From contig OZ024747.1 of NCBI GenBank assembly GCA_964016885.1, forward strand, positions 43,710,001 through 43,774,000: 64,000 nucleotides of DNA, read 5' to 3'. Positions within the stretch are counted from its first letter, which is position 1. Each line of letters begins with the position of its first letter. Both the position numbers and the translations under genes were made by a program. Source of the DNA: Eledone cirrhosa. Taxonomy: Eukaryota. This document shows positions 37,695 through 53,762 of this stretch, piece after piece. Below the pieces are notes generated by a model. The model was not told where the DNA came from. It worked only from the letters and a program-made list of their open reading frames with translations, and did not search any database.

Positions 37695-39806
37695 TTAAAA
37701 CACAGTTGTATTTTTGTGATAGTAGTAGTAAGCTGAAATAAATAATTGAAATCACCAACTAGAGAATATGTAGAATAATTTAAACCTATTTTGTTTATTC
37801 ATTTCTAGAAATTTGTCCTATTTGCGAATGGATAAATGGAGTAAATACATAACATAAAATTGATTTAACATAAAGAAACAGCAGCTTTCCTAATTTTCTC
37901 ATGTTTATAGAAGCATTTTATCAATAAATACACCTAAATACTAAGAAAACACTTTAATTAAACATTCTGCTTATATATATATATATATGTACACACACAT
38001 ATATATATATATACATACATACATACACATATATATATATATACATACATACATACACATATATATATATATACATACATACATACACATATATATATAT
38101 ACATACACATATATACATATACACACACACACACACATATTATATATATATATATATATAATATGTGTGTGTGCATATGCATTGCCTATGTGAGTGTAAT
38201 ACATGGGCGTATTTGTTACTATTTCTTTAAATTCTGAAATGGTTGATGTTGCTGCTCCATTATAAATACAAGTTAACTATTCACATTGTACCTGTGTCTA
38301 AAACAAATACTTTACTAACCTTCTTAAAATAACTAAACATTGGTACAATAGGACTTGAATGAATACAGACTGTATCAACAGCAATTTTGTTGTTTGGTGA
38401 AGTTACACTGGGGATAGGATGGTGGTTGAAGAAATGGAAACAAAAGATGCATTTCAGAGCTAAATAACAATTTATTTTAATATTTTTTTTATGAAACAAA
38501 AAAAAAAAAAAAATAATAATAATCATTCATATGAGCCAATGCTTACACAAATATTTATACAGAGCATAAATAGATGACAAGAATAAAAAAATTATTGTCT
38601 TTGAGAAAAAATAACTATGCCAGTTGATTTATGAAACAGAAAAAAAAAAAAAATCAAAGTAAAAAAAGAAACAACAATAAAATGTGGAAAATAAAACAAG
38701 AAAAGCATATATATATATATTTAACTACATTCTAATAAAATAATAATAATAATAATAATAATAATAAAGAAAAAATTGCAACAAAATTTAACAAAAACCA
38801 ATTATCGCTTACGCAGAGGACTAACCAAATTAACAACCCACTCCCACCCAGTGGAATATAAAATTTTCTTTAATCTTTTTCTTTTGCTGTAACCAAAAGT
38901 GATAAAATAAGACAAAGAAAAGCAAAAACAAAACAAACAAAAATATATAAACTTTAATGAGAATCATTAAAAAATATATTTACTGATAAGAAAATCTTTT
39001 ATTTTTAAGAAATGAAAAAAAAAAAAAAATAAAAAAAAATAAAATCAACTAACAATATTTTTTTTTATCCTGAAAATAATTTATGATTAAGATAAATATT
39101 AAATAGCAACAATGGCATTAATTAAAATAATTTAATTTCCCTGCTTTGAAACTAGTTGCTTGTAATTTATTTCCCGAACCCCCAGAATTAGGTGGACAAC
39201 AATGAGTAAAAATATAATGCCAGTGAAGAAAAGAGAAAAAAATGTGGTGAAAGTCACCTCAAAGTTGTATTTTCTGACAATATCGAATAATCCAGCCAAT
39301 TTCACTTATATATATAAACCACCAGAAATTTAATTTAATTTAATTACTGTAATCAATTATTGTTTGCTATAAAATTTCCTTGGGAATTTCATATATACTA
39401 TATTTCAGTACGGATATTGTGACTTGAACATATATGGAAAATTAGACCTTCTGATTAAGTAAAAGAAAGTTGAATAGCTACAAGCCAATTAGAAATGAGT
39501 TGGTCATTATATAGTCCCAATTTTAGACAGGTCTGTTCATTATCTCTGTTTTAAATTGGTACTTTATAAAGTCTAATATATCATTCACATTGAACCCATA
39601 CTAGAGAATTCAGAATCTGAAATAAAGTTGTTTGGTACAGTGAATTTTTCAATAGATTTCAGTAAAATCTATTGCAGGACAGCTTTTTATTCAGTTTTAA
39701 GAGGCAGAGATGAACAGAAGTAATTTGTTAAAAACAAATGTTTAATAAAAGCATATTTCTAATTCTAATTACTGCCAAAAAGAAAATAATGCAGTATATC
39801 ATTTAA

Positions 39807-40070
39807 CCCTTTTGTGACCATATTTCTCAAGATACACTATTTCAATTAATTAATGACACTTGAGGGATTTACTAATATTATTATTTCATTACTAAGATAA
39901 CATATGGTCTTATATAAAATAATGCTGAAAGATTTTAATTTAAATAGGAACCCTTTAAAGTGGGTGGTTTTGTTTCATAGAACCAGAGCCAGTTCTTGTT
40001 GGGTTACTATGAAAAGGGTTAAATAGGAACCCTTCAAAATGGGTGGTTTTGTTTCACAGAGCCAAAAGGG
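39807..40070 (+). mobile_element. TTAA-flanked MITE family B with a duplicated right terminus
   Basis: TTAA CCCTTTTG...GAAAAGGG TTAA (40019-40022), then a second ATAGGAACCCTT...CAAAAGGG TTAA (40071-40074). Confidence 0.75.
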
Positions 40071-40170
40071 TTAAAAACAAATTATATACTATATTGCTAT
40101 AAAATTTGTTTTTATAAAAACAGTTTAATAGACTGGTGTATCAGAATATTGCAGAAGTCAAGAAAAAAAA

Positions 40171-40214
<44 letters not shown>

Positions 40215-40300
40215 CAGGCATTAGAATTAAATAATAATATCCTATCAGAAAACATAGTACTAATGATAAACACTATATAGTCTTCTTACATCTAAAAAAT

Positions 40301-40590
<290 letters not shown>

Positions 40591-43500
40591 GCATAGATGC
40601 CAAAAATAGATGGTAGACTGAAAGTAGATTCATGTAAACTGGCTGTAAATTAAGAAAAAACAAATCTCTAATGTGGAATTTGTACATTGGGAATAAATAA
40701 CTCTGTAACAAATATTGATGTGAAAATATCAATAACTAAAATAAGAAAAGAGACGCATCAAGTATGGAAGCTTACATTATTAAATGCAGCGTAGTATGTT
40801 TAAAATATTTTGGGGGGAGAAAAATCGTTTTTTTCTTTTAACTAAAATCATAAACCTAAACAAATTTAAATATGTATTTAAAAAAAGATTAAGCAAACAA
40901 TGAACCACCAGACACAACCTGCCCTGAGTTAAATTTGGTGAACAAAAATGTCGCCATAAAGCAGAGATTAAAAAGTAAAAATGAAAAAGAAAGGAAAAAA
41001 AAAACAAACAAAATTGCACATACATACACTGATCTATATATTGAGGTAGTCATATACAACTTTACCACCAGTTGTGATGCAAAACCATCAGCTGATGAGA
41101 AATGCAAAAATCCCTGCCAATTTTGTGTGAGCTTCTATCATCTGCTCAACCAGACCTTAATGAATAATCCTAAATGATGAGGAAAAAGACGGATTCAAAG
41201 TGGAAAATGGAAAGAATAGGTGATGGGTTTTGAAATGTTGAAATTTCAATGGTTATCCAAAAGCGTATCTGAAAATTTCTCATTCAATCTGACATATAGA
41301 TATATATATATATGTGTATGTGTGTATGTGTGTATGTGTGTGTGTGTGTGTGTGTGCGTGTGTGTGTGTGTGGTGGTATGTTTGTGTGTGTGTGTGTGTG
41401 GTGGTGGTATGTTTGTGTGTGTATGGTGTGTTAAAAATGATTTGATATAATATAGATGTTTTTCTTTTATTTACCCTTAATAATGGGCATTCTTTAAATA
41501 GAATATATTGCCCTGATTCATGAAACAGCCCCCCCCCCCCAACCACCAAAATTAGATTCCCTGAGAGAATGTAATCATAAAAAGTATACATTTTATCACT
41601 GAGTTTTGTGATATTTAAAAAGGAATTTCTGTGTTGTGTGTGTAAGTTCCTAATCATTGTTATCTATATTTTTATATAGATGTTGTAGCTTTTAGAAAAG
41701 ATTTAGAGAAAATTGCTCACTTGAAGTAAACACCATTTCAATATGTTAATATCTGTTAATAATAAGTAGACCATTCGTTGAAATAAAATGGATTAAAACA
41801 TACCTAAATTTCTTAAATATACCATTGTTACAATGTTTTAAATAAGGCTTTGACATATAAATCATAATTAAGAGGCTTTGATATATATTGAAAAGCATCA
41901 ATTGTGAAAAAAAAGTTCTCCTTTAATTCAGGAAAGATGTTTTCCATATAATGAGTGTTGCAAAGATTTAGAAGTGGACTTGGAGACGACGATAAACAGC
42001 AATAGTTGCTGTGTAAGTTGATGCTAGCAAGTAATTTCATAAGAACATTTTAAGGCTCAAAACATTATGGACCATAGTTCTGGAAATCTTTTCATTGTGA
42101 AAATAATTGTAATACACATTTTATGATTTGGAGAGGACAGGAGGGAAAAAATAATTTTTTTCATATTAAAATTGTTTTTTCAGAATTCTTAATTATTAGA
42201 CTTCTAGTTATAATATATTAGAATTCAGTGAATTGTATACTATTGTTACTTGTGTATTGAAATATATTCTATTAACACTAAACAATTATTATGTCACAAA
42301 TTAACTAAGATAAACTTGTTATCACAACCCAGGTTAGATATTTTTTTCATGAAGAAATGATTGTTTAGGATAAGGTAGCTTTATTTAATTATCTATAGTC
42401 AGTTTATATAAATTGACACTCCTTCAATGGCTACTTTATACAGATGCTTTCTTTTGAGAACATTTGACTTGAGGTTAGTTCTTAGTACATTAACTAATTA
42501 GATTCTTTCATTCATATCAACTTCAATAAACATTTGTATAGCTCAGGGAGAGCGCAATAATATGAATAAGTCTTGAAAATGCCTCAGCAACAGATCTGAA
42601 GCCATGAAGCCTATGAAGAAAACAAAGCAGTTAAGTGATGAACAGCTATGATGATCACAGCTCTCTTAGTCTCCTGAAGGCAATTAATTGCAGAATGAAA
42701 AATGAATTTTGAGTAAGTCAAGCTTCTAAAGAACAGCTTTAATATCATGTATATGTTTGGATGAATCAAGATATTGTATTTGATAATGCAACTCCAAGGC
42801 AAATCCTGGAAAAATTATTAGGAAATACCAATAGTTATTTCTTTTAACTAGGCACAATATCAAAGTTTATAAGGTTAATAGTAATTATTTTAATCAATCC
42901 TGAAGAGGAGGCAAAATTAGCCTCAGCCTGCTTTCCACTCATAGTAAAAGGATATACTAAGTAGCACAACATATTTTAGTCTAGCATTCTGTTTCTGCCA
43001 AATTGCCGTCATAATGCAATTATTATTATTCAATATCAGTGTATAAAGCAAGCTTGCTACTGAGTTAACACAATGTCACACCTGCCATTTGCTGCATTTA
43101 TTATATTTAAACAATATTAAACATTGATTTGATTATCAATGCTAAACCTAATTATAGATTTGGAGCTTTCAAGCCATGTTTTGGCTCTTTCCTTCATAAT
43201 GAAACATAGAAAATTTCTTATGACTGAAATGGCTACCTTTCAGAAGCCTTACTATCTTTTAAAAAGCATCTTTTTGGTAGGAAAAAAATATAATAGTCTC
43301 CACTTAAGGAGGAATTGCATATTTATGATAGAATGATAGTTTAGTTTATGAGCAGAAAATACAAAGTTTATATTTTATTCTTTATAGTTGGATGGAAAGA
43401 ATGAATAAAGAAGCCTTGCCCAAAATCTTGGCAGGCAATGGAAGGAGTTTTAAGAAATAATCTATATGAAAGACGAATGGATGGAATAGAGTGCTCTAGA

Positions 43501-43679
43501 AAAAATTTGGAATAAAAATGTCTTTGGATGGAAAGTTTTGTTTCCTTATATATATATATACATATATGTACACATATATACATATGTACACATACACACA
43601 CACACACATATATATGTACATACATACATATGTATATGTACACACATATATATATATATATATGTACACATATATATGT

Positions 43680-43717
<38 letters not shown>

Positions 43718-44475
43718 TACCAATAGCAAGCTTACATAAAAGGAAAAAACACAAACAAAGCAAACCCACCCACAGAAAAAAGGTAAACAAAAACAATGAA
43801 GAATTTTAAGTTTTAGAGATTGGTTCGCATACATGGTGGCCATATATTTGTTATATAGCATATCTTCATATGTTATGTTGGTCTAATAGTTACCGAAATA
43901 TCTAAACATATTATACACGCATTCACACAACAATGTCACAGACACAGTGAAGTGCAATCTAGTAGATAACTCCAAGTAACTGAGAAAGTAGCTAAGGACT
44001 GACTTGGCTCAGATTGGAGTTAAAATATCATGTTAAAAATTCAGATTGATATGAAATATTCTCTGCCCAAATCTCACAAATGAGGAGGTTTTATATTCTT
44101 TTGTATGAGATGTCATAAAAAATTAGAATGGAAGAAAAAAAGTAGTCAATAATATTTATGTTAGACATAGTCCATGCTGAGTCTGGTTGAACAGATGGAG
44201 GCTTACACTCACGTATCAATACCCGTATCTCCTTACCATATTTATATATATATATTTATACACATATATATAAGTAAATAACAAAAGAGAATCAAAAAGA
44301 AAATGGAAAAAGAAAAAAAAATTCTGCCGATTATGTTTTCAAATATTAATGAAATCCCACTAGCCACTCTAGAATGGCAGCTAAACCACATGAAAAAATA
44401 TTTACTAATGAATTATCATCAGCAGCTAAAAGGGTCATTACTATAATACAGAACAAGGCTAATTCTAAAGTAGTA

Positions 44476-44514
<39 letters not shown>

Positions 44515-45413
44515 AAATGTATATATATGTGTGTGTGTGTGTGTAGGGGTGGGGTTGTATGTGTGTCTTATTGAAAGACGGTATTTGTTATGTGCTGCAG
44601 TTGATTTTACTTTGCCACCTGGTATAAACAATGCAAACTGCAATATGTGTAAAGAGCATAGTGATCATCATTTCATTAACTAGAAGAATATCCGATTTTA
44701 CTGCAATGCTCTACAACTCGAGATAGGAGACACTAAAACTGAAACCAACAATTTTAGCAGAAAATTGTCGTACACTACAATAAAGACCCAAAGAACTGAT
44801 ACAAATATATATATATATATACATACATACATATACACCTATATATATACATATACACATATACATACATTTATTTTAAATAATTACTTCTTACTTAAAT
44901 GATACTATAGAATTAAAATCTTGTGAAATAGATTCCTCTGCTGTTGTTAAAATTTGTCTTGAATAATTTGCTACAATGGAAATAAAAATAAATAAATGTT
45001 ATTTTTTTCAAAGGAGTGTTGTTATTCTTCAACTATGTCGTACTTTAGAAAGACGAATTATAGCTATCGAATAACATGGTTGGTGATGCTTCTTTCTACA
45101 GAGATAATGTCTTTCATAAATATATAGTCAGAATTATATGTTTATGAATGTTATATGAAATAAACTTATGTCCAGGGATTTATATATCCAATGTGCATGT
45201 GTCATTATCAAAACTGCAACACATGTGAAGGAAAATGTCAGAAATCATAAAGAAAAGTCACTAAAAAAAAAATCACAAAAACTTCTCAATAAATGTGATA
45301 CAGTGATTAAAAGCAACTGAAAGATGCAGTCCATATTTCCTAGCAATGCTGGACATAACCAAGATATAGATATTGACTTCAGAAGAGAAGACTAAATCTT
45401 CAAACATTTGGTC

Positions 45414-45452
<39 letters not shown>

Positions 45453-48400
45453 TTTTGTGTGAAAGAACTTGCAGCTGCAGTTTCAACAGTTCAAACCCAC
45501 ATTTGTTTAAAATCATCATTTATGTAGTATGACCATTGCATAACCATGCAAAATCTTCAGTAGTGTAACAAAGACTAACAGTAGCTGTTGGGTGTATGGG
45601 GTTCAACTACTGACCACATAATTAAGTAGTTCAAGCCTAGCTACAGCGATTGTATTGTGCTCCTAGAAAGAAAAAAAATGGCACATTAGTTTGCTTGTCT
45701 TACTTTGCCTAGTAGTGCCACTCCCATTCTATACTCTAGTAATTCGTAACAGGGAAGGCATTCAGCTGTAACATTACAAGCTACAAGAATTCTAATATTT
45801 TCATATGAATTATCAAAAGTCATCCCAATTAGGCCTGCAAGAAAAAGTAAGAACTACAAAGAAATCAGTAGAGAGCAGTATAGTACATATTTTCTAGATA
45901 CTTCTAAAAAGTAAATCCAATCACAATTTCAAGGAAAACAACACTAACATATCAAAACTACACTAATTAGTAAATTATAATGAATCGCCAATCAAAAATA
46001 AACAATTGCAACCTATGAACAAAAACGACCTTAACAAAAGAGAACATGGATTAGCTTATTCTGTTTACATATTGAATATTATTTATTTTGAAAAATATTT
46101 AAACCAATGAAATAGAAAAACAAACAAACAAAACATAAGTCTATTAGAAACGAACCACAAAACAAACGCAAACCAGATTTCAAGACATTTGGAGAGGATG
46201 CTCTGCAACAAAATAAGCTGAAAAATAAATGTTGAATTGATGTTGAATTCTAGAATGCAGAGGGTCAATTGTGGAGCCTCCGTGGAAACAAAGCTTGTTT
46301 TTCTATTCAGTCTTCTGAATAGGAGACTCACAATATGTTTTTAAAATATCTTTAAATAAAAAAATAATGATAGTAATAAAAATAAAATAAAAACCAGATT
46401 GAAATATGTAAAAAGTATAAGATTTGAATAAGTTACTAACCACTAGAAAGAATCTTCAAGCAAAAATGTATATTATCATCAAACATTACAAAAATAATTT
46501 CAGACTGCACTTTTCATTTATTTTGGATCTAAGATTATCACTATATAAACATGATTTAAAATCTTTATTAAAGCATATCAGTAGGACTTCAACACTGGCA
46601 ACTTGAATACTATAACTCAAACATGCATATACTTTCTTCTTTATTTCTATTTTCTCCTCTTTTTCTTTTCTCTCATATGTATCATATACACATGTATATG
46701 AAATACATGCAATGTGTTATGTTCATGAAAATGCACAGCTATTGAGTGCAGGGGAAAAATAAAAAGATATTTTAAAACTAAATTAACATATTTAAAAGAA
46801 ATAGGGAGATAGATGCTATATAGTTTTTAACATACAAAATAAATTTTTGGTTATTTTGTTTATTATAGAATTTTTATTTTGCAATAAATCTGAAATATAA
46901 GTAGAGAGAAGTACATAATTATGGAGATGATGGTTATCAATGTTGTAACATACACATAAGTGTTTGAGTGACAAGACAATAAACAGACAAAATATATAAT
47001 TAGGAAAAGCTTGGTTGGCACAATGTTAATAGTGTGGAGTACAGAAGTATATAAGCCACAGTCAACAATCTCCCTAAAAGACAACCCAATAAAATATGTA
47101 TATTTTTATCTTTTTTTTTCCCAAACTCATTGATATGCAGTTCACTTCAGTAAGCACACATATGACAAATAGCCATTACTTTCAAGTAGGTACCAGTAGC
47201 AGAGCCTAAAGCAGAAGGAATCTATCACTAACTGAATTTTGATGACCATTACACATTTAGTGAAACACTTTAAAGACTGTAACCATAGATGCAATAAAAT
47301 AATTAGCATTATAATTTTTAATAAGTTTTAAAAAATAAATACAATAGAAATACTTGATAACAACCAAAGATTCTAAGTGTGTATAAAAGGTCCAAATGTA
47401 TTATTACAGAAAATCAGCTAGGAGCTATCGGGGATGGTACACATCAGCTGATAAACAAGAGAGAAAACAGTTCATATTTACAAGAACGTTTATGAATGCA
47501 ATTTAAAGAGAAATCATATAAATATATAATCATATAAATACTCCCTTTAATTCATCACATGACCACCCCAAACATATATTTCATTTCATTAGCTGATTTT
47601 ATTCTTTAGTTATGCTACTTATTAAATATCTAGAATTATCAAGTAGACAGGTACAACAGAATTTAAATAGAAATATTTACTAAAACTGGACTAAGAAATA
47701 ATCTTTTAAAATATTTTGATTAACTAATAAATTAAATGAACTATGACTTTAAATTCATATAAGTCAAAATTGCTGCATTATTCAAAGAGGAGATATTAAG
47801 AAAAACAAAACAACTTAAATTTAATAGACTAATTAATGAAAAGCTGTTAATCAAATTAAATTTGTAACTAAATCCGATATAATTGAAAAAAAAAAAAAAA
47901 AAAAAAAAAACTTTTTTGAATAGTGGCTACAAGGTAAAGTAACAGTTTTTAATTTGGGTATTTTCCACATTATAATCAGTGTCTAAGAATGATTTAAATC
48001 AAGCAATATTCCTATTAACAAATAAAACCCGAGCATTGTTTCTAGAATCTTAAAAGAAATGAGATATGATCAAATGTGATATATGATTTAAGTCTTACTA
48101 AAGTTGTTTAAATAATTAATTTTAAAAGACTATTGCCCAAATTTTTCTTTAGAAAGCAATTCTAATTAAAAGTAAAGTAAAATTTAATTAAGTACTGACA
48201 GTTTATTTATTTATTTTTTAAAGCTATGATTGGAAATATAATAGATTTATCCAGACATTTCAAAATTAAGACATACTAAACTATCTGAAAGAAATGATAA
48301 TTCAACAAGTCACTTGTCGAAAAAAAGGAAAAAATCTCTCTCTCTATCTATATATATATATATATATTATTACCACTAGTAGTAGTAATAATGTCAAAAT

Positions 48401-50710
48401 ATACACCAGACACTGCTGTCAAATTATCATCTATTCTGGACACTAATTAAATCTTCTAATTTTAGAAATAAAATATGTTCAAATTAAATAGTGTACAAAA
48501 GAAATCTGTACCAGTATAACACTACTATTTAATTATGATAGCAACAGGATATACACAAGTTAGTTATGATAAAAGTTTCAATCACCAGTATGAAAAACAG
48601 GTTCGTTAAGAACATCAAGTCTAAGCTAATTGATACTGGAATAAATGAAAATGAAATTGATAATTTATTTAGTTTTATGTTTCAAAACAAAATTTTTAAA
48701 ATGATTGCTTAGATTTTTCAGTTTTAAGTTTTATACAATTAAGTGGTTAAACGTTTTAGAAAACAGAATTTATACCTACAAAAATTTGGTGTGTAAAGGT
48801 ATTCAGCTTTAAATAAAATTTAAGTTTACTTTTTGATTAAAAAATATTTCAATGCAATCTTAACAAAAAGAAAGAAAAAAGTACATAAGTATACATTTCT
48901 AATCAATAATAATGAAATATTCCATATTGATAAATGTTTTAATTTCTGAAAACTGTCAATGTTACACATTTTTTAGCCTTTAAAATAAGTTAGTCCCATT
49001 CTCAGCCAATAAATCAACATCCTACATTTGCAAATCAGCTGTTAATAAATCCTCTTATAAGAACTAAATAGTTGACACAAGTCACATGATGAAAATGCTA
49101 ACATAGTTAAATGAAGACAAGAGACACTTCTAAAGTTTTTCAATTGGCTACACACAATGCCAATTGATAAATACGTTTTTTGACTTAAACTTATTGCTAG
49201 TCCTAACTCTAAATATATTAAATTGTACAAAATGTTAAGTATCATTAATATTGGCTATATAACATATCAAACATTTAAAATAATAGATTCATTTAATTTG
49301 AATTAACTAGCCAGGCATTAAAGAAGAAAATTAAAGAGAGACATGAAAAATAACATTACAAGAAAACAAAAATGGCATTAGGAAAGTAAAGCGACCAATA
49401 TAAAATGTACGAAAGTAGCTCAACTTTCAAATGAAAGCCCTTCGCAATTACCATTTATAAAAAGTGCAGCATGGCTGCAATAGTCTGATCTACAAAAGAT
49501 CACAGCTCAGTGGATTTTTGGTCATTAAAAACCTGTCCAGTAAAAGTTCTTGTAAGCCAACTACTATGAAGTAGTAGTAGTAGCTAAACAGCATATATAT
49601 TTACTAACTCTACCCAGGTCACACTACTGACAACATATTACAAACTAGAAAATAGGCAAATGATTAAAGAAAAGGACAAATGTTTTAATTTTGAAGTGTA
49701 CCTTCCCCGAAAGATATCATTAAGGTAAAAACCCTGAAGAATTACTCTTAGACCCGTTTTGGGTTCCAATTAGTTCCCAAGAACCTGCTTACACCAACCT
49801 CACTCCCTTGAAGCTGTAGTTTCTATCATTGAACTACAGTATATCACAGTTTATTGTTGGTGAAAGCAAGCAGTTAGCATTCATGAAATCAGCATATTTA
49901 TGTGTGGGATAGAAAATTCAAAAAATGGGAGGGGGGAGCAGAGGTTTAAAAAAAAAAAAAGAAGGAAAAAAGAAATTGTGCTTGTGTAATGGATAACAGA
50001 TGCAAGGCAGTACATACATTCACAAAACATTTAGGGCAAAAATTACATGGACTTATTAAAGTTCCTCTTAAATCACAGAAACTTATAACCAAACACTTAG
50101 CTCTTTATTTCCATTTTCTTAAAATAAGTCAACAAATTAAAAAAAAAAAACAAAAAACAAAATCTGTTGACATTTGTAAAGATTCTATGAAAGCCTGAAA
50201 ATGGCCGATTAGAATCATTGGCAATTTATTGTTTACATTGGACAAACTTGAATCCACAATAAAATGTCAGTCAAATATACCTACAGAGAACAGACATAAG
50301 ACTTTTCTTTGAATATCTTTGTTGGATCAGTAGAGAAAGAAAGAAGTATGCAGTATTCTCCACCTTGTAAAGACAGTATACTAAACTGGGAATAATTTGT
50401 CATCAAAATATTGATCTAAAAATAGAAATGATATTCTGCAATGAGAAAAAAGGAATAGAGTGCAAAAAAAAAAAAAAAAAAAAAAAAGGAGAGAACTTTA
50501 CAGTTGGAGTTTGCAAATATTATGTGATTAAAAACAGTTGACGATATTTAGTTGAACAGAAATCTTAAGAGAAACAATACAAAGCAATTTATGCTTGAAA
50601 TTGTTAAATATATACACAAGCACACATACATATATGTGTGTGCATAGAGAGAGAGAGAGACACACACATACATCCATATATAAATATATGAATGAATGTG
50701 TATATATCAT

Positions 50711-50777
<67 letters not shown>

Positions 50778-52789
50778 TTTATTTACATGCAACAGCATGT
50801 ATTTATTGACAAGATCAAAGAACATTACTAAAAACATTTATATTTTGAATAAAAGAATGAGAAATATAGAGGGAGTTAATACTTTTCTTCCAAAGTAAAT
50901 ATTAAAAAATATATTTAATCAATATGTCAAATTGGTATAAGTGAGGCTAAGCTTTCTTTCTCAAGAAAAAACAAAACAGCTAAGGGGGAAGAGAAAAGAG
51001 AGCTTCTTTTGAATAAGCTCAAATACATCCAAATATAGACTGAGTATTCTGAGAGAAGAGAAATTTATAAATGATGACTGATAACTTTCAGCCCAATTCT
51101 CTCAATTTGATGTCAATTTACTTTATCTACTGTTGTGTTAAACGATTCTACTTCTAGTAAAGTCCTCTCAGATGCACTCACAAATACATTTTTTGCATTA
51201 TTCCCAATATCTTTGTTCAATGTTCTCTAATATTAAACCAATATGTCTTACATTAAATACTATGCCACACTCTTTTTCTCTGCTACATTGAATGTTTTCT
51301 CATTTTCAGCATTTTATTTCTCTTTAACTTAAGCTGTACATCTTTTAATCATTCTCTGCAACAGAAACTACATTAATTATGAGCATAGTTATTTTTTCTC
51401 CTCTGCTAATATGTAAAAAGAAGAAAAAAATAATAAAAGAAAAATAAGAAAATAGATTCCCCCCTCTTTAAAAGAATGCATAAAAATATAGTTTAGATCA
51501 AAGAATGAGCTGCTTAGTTAAGTACCAAACAGCAACACCATAAAAGGGATTGAGAAGAAAAAAGTGTATTGTTGGAAGAGCTCAATATAAAAATTGACCA
51601 CAACCTTTAAGTGCTCAATGTACATGAGTACACACAGAACATACACCCGTAATGTTGTGAAAGTTAACTGTTCCTGAGAAGAAGAGCAGAACTTTTCTTC
51701 GTTATAGGAAGAGAATCCTTGATGAAAAGAAAAATGTTACAAGAATCAAGAGGATAAAATACTATTGGAAAATTTTTTTTAGATAAAATTAAAATTCTCA
51801 GAGAAAATTTAATAGTGGAGGCTCTTTTCCTTGAGAGAAATATTTTGAATAAATAATAAAAAATATACTGATATAATAGTCTAAGCAATTTTTGTACTAC
51901 TTTTTACCCGTCATAGTTTTCATTAGCAAAGGAGAATAAATGTTAATGGATAAAAATAAAAGACAAGAAAAAAAAAGTTCTGAGTTGATAGAAAATATAG
52001 ACACACAGACACACACAATTGCAAACAGATAACACACATACACACACATTATATATATATATATACACACATACATATATATATACACACACACACACAC
52101 ACATTATATATATATATATATATGAAAATGAGGTTGGGGAGGGGGCCACATCTTACCAAAAGAGAAATTTAATACAGTATTAAAGGTTACCTTTCAAAAT
52201 TGTTCATTTGTATGAAATTGAAGGCTTTAAAATAATCTTAAAAGTTTCTATAGATACTAATGGGGAAACAATCCTTAGATCATATCAGAAATATGCAAAT
52301 AGCTATATATCTGTTGTAATGGGAGGAGTGGATGCAGCCAAAACAATGAAAACTAACTTGATAATGCATAAAAGAAAGATGTTAATTTGTATTTTTCTAT
52401 AATGTCTGTCTAATGTGTCTGGTATATATAACTAACATGTCATTAAAATAATACACTAAAATTAAAAAGGACATCAAAGAGATTATTATGTCTAGATGAA
52501 ATAATAATAAAAAAAAGTTTTGATTAAAGTTGCAGCCCGCATTTATTATACTGATGTCATTAGCAGAGTGACTTGTAGCTGAAATGTCCATATTTTATAT
52601 TTGATAAACAACAGATATAAAATATATTCTGTTTAAAATGCTGCAACGGAGAGAAGGGGATGGATAAGTATCACAAATGAAATGGAGAGAGAAAATTTCT
52701 GTAAGACGTCATAAATCTTAAAACTATTTCATCTGTCACTCAGAAAGATCTTGATTAAAAGCTATGAGACATTAACTTAGAGACAACAA

Positions 52790-52945
52790 CATAAGCATTA
52801 AGCAATAAATATTTGAGGGAGAGGAGCAGCAGGTTACTTCTTTCTATGATCTCAACTATAATCACATAGGCGAGCATATTAAATACTTACTCTATTGATC
52901 CAAAAGGATGAAAGATAAAGTCAGCCCTTAGATGACTTGAACACC
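52790..52945 (-). mobile_element. Very old SINE family M remnant
   Basis: TATTGATCCAAAAGGATGAAAGATAAAGTCAGCC...TTGAAC; a similar remnant lies at 42850-42990. Confidence 0.5.
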
Positions 52946-53024
52946 AACGTCCAAAGTATAAAACTTCATAGTTCTGTGACTATCAAATATATCTGTATGT
53001 GTGTGTGTGTGATTGAGTTTGTGC

Positions 53025-53080
<56 letters not shown>

Positions 53081-53629
53081 TATATATATATATATATACA
53101 AGCATATATATATTAGTTAGGTTCTGAAGATTATAAATAATCAGCATGCAAACACCATTCAGTACACAATGCAATCACATGATTTACAAAATGAAATAGA
53201 GATACTGTATAATCCAGTGATTATTCAAATATATATTCTATTAGTACTGTAAATTCAGGGGTATGGTTTTATCTAGTGAATTGGAACATGCAATCCCAGA
53301 AAGTAAACAATGAGGACTTCAGTGTGACATCCATTTTATAAATGGATGTCACATTTCTTCATTGTTTACATTTATATAATATATGTGTGTGTGTGTGTCT
53401 GTCTGTGTGTGTGTGTCTGTGTGTGTGTGTCTGTGTGTGTGTGTGTGTGTGCGTGTGTGTGTGCGTGTGTGTCTGTCTGTGCGTGTGTGCATATATATGT
53501 ATGAACAATTTTGAAATTGTTCATGAGGCAGATTATTAGAGAAAATAAACTTTCTGTAGTAATCAAATCAAAATGTATGTATTTTAAACAGTATTGAATA
53601 TATAACATGTTTGGTGTTAGGTATTATGT

Positions 53630-53762
53630 ATGTGTTTACAGAACTCTATAAACATAAATGTTTGTTGCTAGTTGTAGGTATCTGGGTGTTTACAGAAATA
53701 TATAAACATAGACCCTTGTTGCTAGTTGTAAGAAAGTAACTGTGTGCTTACAGAAATGTATA
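53630..53762. repeat. Short ~54-bp tandem repeat, about 2.3 copies
   Basis: GTGTTTACAGAA...TATAAACATA...TTGTTGCTAGTTGTA at 53632 and 53686, partial at 53744. Confidence 0.8.

Noticed and set aside
41040-41065. let-7 precursor (TGAGGTAGT...TATACAAC)
   Set aside because: It is far too short and the mature sequence diverges after 9 nt; at most it is an antisense seed site.
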